A stretch of 64,000 nucleotides of DNA from an uncultured Chloroflexia bacterium (GTDB lineage Bacteria; Chloroflexota; Limnocylindria; QHBO01): contig CAWFKB010000003.1 of NCBI GenBank assembly GCA_963816215.1, forward strand, positions 6,839-70,838, written 5' to 3'. How positions within the stretch are numbered: the first letter of the stretch is position 1; each line of letters begins with the position of its first letter. Made by a program: the position numbers and the translations under genes. This document shows positions 55,979 through 64,000 of the stretch, in pieces. Below the pieces are notes generated by a model. That model searched no databases. It saw only the letters and a program-made list of their open reading frames with translations, and was not told where the DNA came from.

Positions 55979-58306
55979 ATGGCGACCCGAATCCTGCGTC
56001 GCCGGGCCGAGCGATGGCTGCCCGGTTACATCATGGTGTCTGCGATCGGCGTGGCCGTGCTGGTGGTCGTGTCCGGCCTGGTCAGCCAGGAACGGTTCAT
56101 GGTGGCCAGCGCCATGGTCGCGGTGCTGGTCATCCTGGCATCGGTCCAGGGCGTCGTCCTGTGGCGGCGCAACACCGCTGCGGAACGCGCGGGCGCGCGC
56201 CTGGCGGGCATCGAATCCGAGGAAGGCACCTTCCGGGCCCTGGTGGAGCGGCTACCGGCCGCGCTGTACATCGCCGGATTCGGCCCGCAGGCCACCTGGA
56301 ACTACGTGAGCCCGCGAATCGAGACCATCCTCGGATTCAGCGCCGCGGAATGGATGGCCGATGCGTCGCTCTGGATGCGGCAGATCTATCCCGACGACCG
56401 GGACCGGGTCGAGCGGGAAGAGGCCCAGGACTGGAGCCGCGAGCCGGGCGTCGTGAGCTCGAGCGAGTACCGGATCCTGTCGCGCAGCGGCGAGGTGGTC
56501 TGGATTCGCGACGAGGCGGTGATCATCACCGATGAGCAGGGCAACCCGGCCTTCTACCGCGGCTACATCATCGACATCACCGCCCAGAAGGAGGCCGAGC
56601 AGGCGCTCCGCCGAAGCGAAGAGCAGACCCGGCGAATCATCGACACCGCGAGCTACGCGTACATCGCCATGGCCAGCGACGGTCTGGTGACGGACTGGAA
56701 CCAGGCGGCGGAGCAGACGTTTGGCTGGACCCGGGAGGAGGTCATCGGTCATGGATTGGCCGAGAAGATCATCCCCGCCGCGCAGCGAGACGCGCATCGG
56801 GATGGATTGGCCCAGTTCGCCGTCCGCGGGGCTGGGGTCATGCTCGGATCGCGCCGCGAGATGACCGCCCTCCACCGTGACGGGCGCGAGTTCCCGGTCG
56901 AGCTCACGATCTGGGCCGTGGGCGAGGGGGCCGAAGCCACCTTCTCGGCCCTGGTCCACGACATCACCCTGCGCAAGGAGCTCGAGCGTCAGCTCCAGCA
57001 CCAGGCGTTCCACGACTCATTGACCGGCCTCGCCAACCGGGCGCTGTTCGCGGATCGGGTTTCCCATGCCATGTCACGCCAGGGGCGTGCCCGACGGTCG
57101 CTTGCCGTCATCTTCCTGGACCTGGACGACTTCAAGACGGTCAACGACAGCCTGGGCCACGCCGCCGGGGATCAGCTCCTGACCGCGGTTGCCGAGCGCC
57201 TGCGCGGCGTGATGCGGCCCGAGGACACCGTTGCCCGCTTCGGCGGGGACGAGTTTGCGATGCTCCTGGAGGAGACGAACCGCGAGTCCGCACGTCGCGT
57301 GGCGGAACGCGTGCTGGCGGCCCTCCGCTCTCCGTTCGACCTGCAGGGGAAGCAGGTCTTCGCGCGGGGCAGCGCGGGCGTCGCGGTGGCGCAGCCGGGC
57401 AGCTCGCCGGCCGACGACCTCCTCCGCCACGCCGACCTGGCCATGTACACCGCCAAGGCGCGGGGCAAGGGCAGGATCGAGTTCTTCGAGCCGCGCATGC
57501 ACCTGGCCGTCATCCGTCGCCAGGAGCTGCGTACCGAGCTGGAGCACGCCATCAGCCGCGAGGACTTCGTCCTCCACTACCAGCCATTCGTCGACCTGCG
57601 CAACGGCCGCCTGGCCGGGCTCGAGGCCCTCGTTCGCTGGCGCCATCCCGAGCGCGGGTTGATCGAGCCGGCGGAGTTCATCCCGGCCGCCGAAGAGACG
57701 GGCCTGATCGTGCCGCTTGGCGCGTGGGTGCTGGGCGAGGCCACCCGCCAGATGGCCGCCTGGATCAAGGCCGGGGTCCTGCCGGGCAATGCCCCGTTGA
57801 TCAGCGTCAACCTCTCGACCCGCCAGCTGACTGATCCGGGGCTCGTGAACATGGTCGCCGCCGCGCTCCGTGAGGCCGAGTTCGACCCCGCGCGCCTGTA
57901 CCTCGAGATCACGGAGAGCGCGTTGATGGCCGATGTCGCCGAGCAGTCGCTCGCCGATCTGCGCGGGATCGGCGTCAAGCTGGCCATGGACGACTTCGGC
58001 ACCGGCTATTCGTCGCTGAGCTACCTGGAGCGGCTGCCGGTCGACCTGCTGAAGATCGATCGGTCCTTCACCGCCTCGCTGGGCAGCGACCGGGAAGTCC
58101 CGGTCCTCTTGCGCTCGATCATCAAGCTGGGGCAAACGCTCCGTCTCCAGGTCCTGGCCGAGGGAATCGAGCGGCTGGACCAGGTCGTTCGCCTCCGCGA
58201 GCTCGGCTGCAAGCTGGGCCAGGGCTACCACTTCTCGCCGCCGCTCCCCGCCGACGCCGTGCCCGAGGCGTTGAGCCACGAGTGGGAGAGCGCGCTCAGC
58301 GCGTAG
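55979..58306 (+). CDS. Membrane-anchored sensory diguanylate cyclase/phosphodiesterase (2 TM, two PAS, GGDEF, EAL)
   Basis: RFGGDEFAML (GGDEF) and EALVRW (EAL) are both intact, after two PAS segments. Confidence 0.85.
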   Translation: MATRILRRRAERWLPGYIMVSAIGVAVLVVVSGLVSQERFMVASAMVAVLVILASVQGVVLWRRNTAAERAGARLAGIESEEGTFRALVERLPAALYIAGFGPQATWNYVSPRIETILGFSAAEWMADASLWMRQIYPDDRDRVEREEAQDWSREPGVVSSSEYRILSRSGEVVWIRDEAVIITDEQGNPAFYRGYIIDITAQKEAEQALRRSEEQTRRIIDTASYAYIAMASDGLVTDWNQAAEQTFGWTREEVIGHGLAEKIIPAAQRDAHRDGLAQFAVRGAGVMLGSRREMTALHRDGREFPVELTIWAVGEGAEATFSALVHDITLRKELERQLQHQAFHDSLTGLANRALFADRVSHAMSRQGRARRSLAVIFLDLDDFKTVNDSLGHAAGDQLLTAVAERLRGVMRPEDTVARFGGDEFAMLLEETNRESARRVAERVLAALRSPFDLQGKQVFARGSAGVAVAQPGSSPADDLLRHADLAMYTAKARGKGRIEFFEPRMHLAVIRRQELRTELEHAISREDFVLHYQPFVDLRNGRLAGLEALVRWRHPERGLIEPAEFIPAAEETGLIVPLGAWVLGEATRQMAAWIKAGVLPGNAPLISVNLSTRQLTDPGLVNMVAAALREAEFDPARLYLEITESALMADVAEQSLADLRGIGVKLAMDDFGTGYSSLSYLERLPVDLLKIDRSFTASLGSDREVPVLLRSIIKLGQTLRLQVLAEGIERLDQVVRLRELGCKLGQGYHFSPPLPADAVPEALSHEWESALSA

Positions 58307-58440
58307 CCCGCCCGGGGGCTGTCGCCAGGCCGACAGTGCGTCAGTCAGGCACCCGCTAACCCAAGGCTCGTGCCGGAACCGATGCTGCGCGCCATCAGAA
58401 CAGCACCACTTCCCGAACCCACCTGACAGGAGACACTCCA

Positions 58441-58650
58441 ATGACCACCATCACGATGCCGCAGGCCAAGGACAGCGCTCCGGTCATGGCGATCATCGCC
58501 GTCGCGCTGGCGCCCCTGATCCTGGGTCTGGCCGTTGCCCTGGCCTCCGTCACCTCGCAGGCTCCGGTCCAGTCGCCGGCGACCATGACGAACGATGCCA
58601 ACAGCGACGATCCCACCCCGAACTCGGGATTCCTCGAGTTCTCGAACTGA
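58441..58650 (+). CDS. Small hypothetical membrane protein (69 aa)
   Basis: SD CAGGAGACACTCCAATG, then one TM helix IIAVALAPLILGLAVALA. Confidence 0.4.
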   Translation: MTTITMPQAKDSAPVMAIIAVALAPLILGLAVALASVTSQAPVQSPATMTNDANSDDPTPNSGFLEFSN

Positions 58651-58671
58651 ACATCCCAGTCGGGAAGCCAC

Positions 58672-58697
58672 GAGACCCGGGAGTGATCCCGGGTCTC
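58672..58697. terminator. Bidirectional intrinsic-terminator-like hairpin between the convergent small ORF and acnA
   Basis: GAGACCCGGG agtgat CCCGGGTCTC perfect 10-bp stem. Confidence 0.45.
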
Positions 58698-58757
58698 CGG
58701 TTTCCCCGCGCCGGGGTGACCTGGCGGCGGCGGCACCATCAGGCCCTCCCTCTGGTG

Positions 58758-61445
<2,688 letters not shown>

Positions 61446-61552
61446 GATCGCGCCTCCTCAGTCACTGCTGATCGGCGCCGGACGGGTGCGCCCGTCCCGG
61501 GTCGAGAATCGCGTTTGAGTATACGCCCGTGCTGTCAGTGGACCACCTCGCG

Positions 61553-62098
61553 TCAGGCGTCGCCGCGGATGATCGCGAAGGTGACCAGGTCGTGATAGGC
61601 GCCAGCACGGAACTGGGACTGGCGGGCGGTCCCTTCCCGGACGAAGCCGGCCTTCTCGAGGGCCCGCTGCTCGGCCACGTTCTCGACATCGGTCTGAGCC
61701 TCGACCCGGTTCGCGTCGGTCGTTTCGAACAGGTAGTCGGCCAGCTGTCGTTGGGCGATCGGTCCGAAACCCTGTCCCCGCGCCTCGGGGATGAGCGAGA
61801 TGCCGATGTTCCAGGCCCGGGACTTGGGGGGTGGACCGTAGTCGACGGCGTGCCAGCCAACGGTGCCGATCGGCGCCCCATCCGACTCGCGGAGGACGAG
61901 CATTTCCCCGTTCCGCTCGTTGCGGAGCGGTCCTTCGGCCAGGGCGTCGCGCATGGCGGACCGATCACCGGGCCCGAGCCCGAAATCGTTGAACTCGCCG
62001 CGGATCTCGGGCGAGGCCGCCCATTCATCGAGCATGTCGGCGTCAGCGAGCGTTACGTCTCGGAGCCGGACAACGGCCACCAGCCGATCACTCATCAA
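61553..62098 (-). CDS. GNAT family N-acetyltransferase (RimJ/RimL-like)
   Basis: GQGFGP and the NVAEQRALEKAGF motif. Confidence 0.7.
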   Translation of the reverse strand: MMSDRLVAVVRLRDVTLADADMLDEWAASPEIRGEFNDFGLGPGDRSAMRDALAEGPLRNERNGEMLVLRESDGAPIGTVGWHAVDYGPPPKSRAWNIGISLIPEARGQGFGPIAQRQLADYLFETTDANRVEAQTDVENVAEQRALEKAGFVREGTARQSQFRAGAYHDLVTFAIIRGDA

Positions 62099-62179
62099 TC
62101 TCGCTCGATTCGACTAGGGATTTGGAGCCGGCGCGTATTCTGCCCAGAAGCAGAAGAGCGCACGGAGGATTGTCGTCCC

Positions 62180-62713
62180 ATGTTTCGCAGAGTTCTCGCG
62201 CTGTCAACGGTCGTCCTGGTCATTGCGGCCTGTTCCGGCTCACCAGCCGCGTCGAGCCCGGGCGACGGAGGCGGGGGTTCGAGCAACGGCCCGGAACCGA
62301 GCGCCGCGGCTTCCACAGGCGGTGGCGGTGGTGGTGGAGCGGCAGCGGCCTGCGACCTGATCACGGCCGATGAGGCATCCTCGGTGATGGGTGTGGACGG
62401 CCTGACCAGCGAGTCGACCGCAGGCGAAACCTCGTATTGCATCTACTCCGGGGCCGATTCCGCTGCGGTCGTCGCGACCTCGTTCAACGCCTCGAATGCG
62501 AACGACATCATGGCCGCATTCGGGGGCCAGGACGGGGTGACCGAGGTCTCCGGCATCGGGGACCGGGCCCTATGGGACTCGAACTCGGCGACACTGTTCG
62601 TGGCCAAGGGCGATGCCGTCGTCGGCATCACGGCCGGCGATGGATCAATGGATGCTGCCCAGCGCCAGGACTACTCCGAGCAGCTGGGAGCGATCGCCGC
62701 CGAACGCATGTAG
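62180..62713 (+). CDS. Hypothetical lipoprotein with a Gly-rich linker
   Basis: Internal start MFRRVLALSTVVLVIAACSG (lipobox), then a GGGGSSNG...GGGGGGGAAAA linker. Confidence 0.5.
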   Translation: MFRRVLALSTVVLVIAACSGSPAASSPGDGGGGSSNGPEPSAAASTGGGGGGGAAAACDLITADEASSVMGVDGLTSESTAGETSYCIYSGADSAAVVATSFNASNANDIMAAFGGQDGVTEVSGIGDRALWDSNSATLFVAKGDAVVGITAGDGSMDAAQRQDYSEQLGAIAAERM

Positions 62714-62751
62714 TCATCGGCCACGGATGCGCGGGGTCGCGCCCCGGCGGA

Positions 62752-64000
62752 TCAGTCCGGGATCAGGTGGACCGGGTTTCCGCGGATGGTGACCGCCCAG
62801 GTGGTCGTGTCGTTCCCGCCGGCCACGGTGTAGCGGATCTTCCACCAGCCCGCAGCGGGCTCGCCGCCAGGCGTGAGGCCGCCCTGGCCGTAGGTTGACG
62901 GAAGTCGGACGCTGATCCGCAGCCAGTACGAGTCGAAATGGCTGCCGCTGTTGTTCGTGCTCCGCGGACACGCCCCCGACAGACCGATGGGGATGCTGGT
63001 CCCGTGGTTGGTCTGGATGCAGCTCACGTTGACGCCCGACTCACCGACCACCCCAGCTTTCGATCGGCTGGTGAACGAGAAGGTGGCCGCGTTGTACACG
63101 TTGCCGTCCGGGTTGAGGATCTCGAGCCACGCGCCACCGCCCACGTCCCCGGGGTCATACAGGTCGATGTCAACCGTCTTGCCAGCGCCGGAGGCGCGGT
63201 CGATCTGCGCGAGGTAGAACGTCTGGACCCCGGCCTGGACGTTGGCGTAGGCCGCCATCCGGCTGCTGCCGTAGACCCGCGGGTTGCCCCCGGCGCTGCT
63301 GACCTCGAGGCCCCACCGGTTGGCGGCGCCGACGTTCGAGTTCACGGAGGGGTCGAGCACGGCGGTGCCGCCCCCCGATGCGGTCACCATCTTGGTGGTC
63401 GTGATCTGGAGGCGATAGTTGCCGGCGCCCAGGGTAACGGGGATGCGCCACCACTTGAGGTGGTACTGGTAGTTCGGGTCAGCCGGCCGGTCGCAGCGAG
63501 TCACGCCGTTGCTGCCGCTGGCGTATTGCGGCGATCCGGTCCCGAGCAGGCCGCTCTCGTCGACCTGCCGCTCGTTCTCGAAGAGGTTGCCGGAGCCCCA
63601 CACGAGCGTGTCATCGGTCAGGAGGAATGGCGTCCCGTTCTGGTTAAAGAGGTTGAAGTAGGTCGACACTGATTGGGGGTTCGTGCCGCCCATGTTCGTC
63701 GTCCACTCGTCACCGGTGCCCGCGCGGCCCGAGCCGAGGACTGGCATGCCGCAGAAACCAGGGTCGAACAGGTATACGCTCCCGCCTCCTCCGCCCGGAA
63801 TCTCGACCGTGTAGCCGTAGCCGGAGGGGTCGTACTCGGCGTTGGCTATGGTTGGGCCGCTAACCGCGGTGGGTAGATACGCGTCACCGTTGCGGCTGTC
63901 ACCGCCCTTGGTGAACGAAACCCCCCAGAATCCCTGGCTGCTCAGCTGGCTCGGCGCGGGCTTTCCGATGACGCTGCTCCCCGTTGTGGCGTTTGGCACG
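62752..64000 (-). CDS. Hypothetical secreted Gly/Ser/Thr-rich protein. C-terminal part only; the N-terminus runs off the window end.
   Basis: Open to the window edge. The C-terminal 415 aa has no recognisable motif. Confidence 0.4.
   Translation of the reverse strand, partial: VPNATTGSSVIGKPAPSQLSSQGFWGVSFTKGGDSRNGDAYLPTAVSGPTIANAEYDPSGYGYTVEIPGGGGGSVYLFDPGFCGMPVLGSGRAGTGDEWTTNMGGTNPQSVSTYFNLFNQNGTPFLLTDDTLVWGSGNLFENERQVDESGLLGTGSPQYASGSNGVTRCDRPADPNYQYHLKWWRIPVTLGAGNYRLQITTTKMVTASGGGTAVLDPSVNSNVGAANRWGLEVSSAGGNPRVYGSSRMAAYANVQAGVQTFYLAQIDRASGAGKTVDIDLYDPGDVGGGAWLEILNPDGNVYNAATFSFTSRSKAGVVGESGVNVSCIQTNHGTSIPIGLSGACPRSTNNSGSHFDSYWLRISVRLPSTYGQGGLTPGGEPAAGWWKIRYTVAGGNDTTTWAVTIRGNPVHLIPD

Overview
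This window is 64 kb of high-GC (about 70%) chromosomal DNA with dense, mostly overlapping (ATGA/GTGA-coupled) genes and an actinobacterial flavour: Ni-SOD, LCP, CGNR zinc finger, a CsoR-family repressor, and the ahcY/metK/manC/pmm/manA sugar-nucleotide neighbourhood. Lineage is inferred from gene content only.

Main blocks, in order:
- BMP-family nucleoside ABC importer (lipoprotein SBP, tandem-domain ATPase, two permeases), flanked by an Mrp/ApbC Fe-S carrier, a PIG-L deacetylase and an adenosine deaminase.
- LCP, YjbQ, a thioredoxin-domain (DUF255) protein and a divergent CsoR-family repressor with an RcnR/CsoR-type operator over its own RBS.
- A minus-strand gene string that I could not place in any characterised system: PolX(PHP), membrane protein, TPR protein with a polyacidic tail, and a 943-aa N4/N6-methyltransferase-like protein with a Zn-ribbon insert and degenerate catalytic motif IV.
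- A low-GC intergenic island with a small basic-protein gene, then a CGNR zinc-finger gene and mgtE behind a structured leader.
- Tandem aldehyde dehydrogenases, the second with the catalytic domain internally deleted.
- ogt with an ECF sigma factor and deoC.
- sodN (Ni-SOD) next to a frameshifted sodX maturation-protease gene.
- A tightly coupled operon birA / ECF sigma / accD-accA-(BCCP-like lacking the biotinyl lysine)-accC-fabZ-fabF-accB-fabH-fabG.
- trpS and an AI-2E transporter.
- A FecCDE/BtuF-like ABC importer behind a cobalamin riboswitch.
- PGI/PMI, PMM, DUF374 acyltransferase, manC, proC, metK, ahcY, apt, two GNAT acetyltransferases, a PAS-GGDEF-EAL protein and aconitase A.

No CRISPR array, transposase, integrase, tRNA or rRNA was seen. 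Many long ORFs in the six-frame track are antisense or alternative-frame artefacts of the GC content and are not reported as genes. Coordinates for adjusted starts are approximate to within a few nt.
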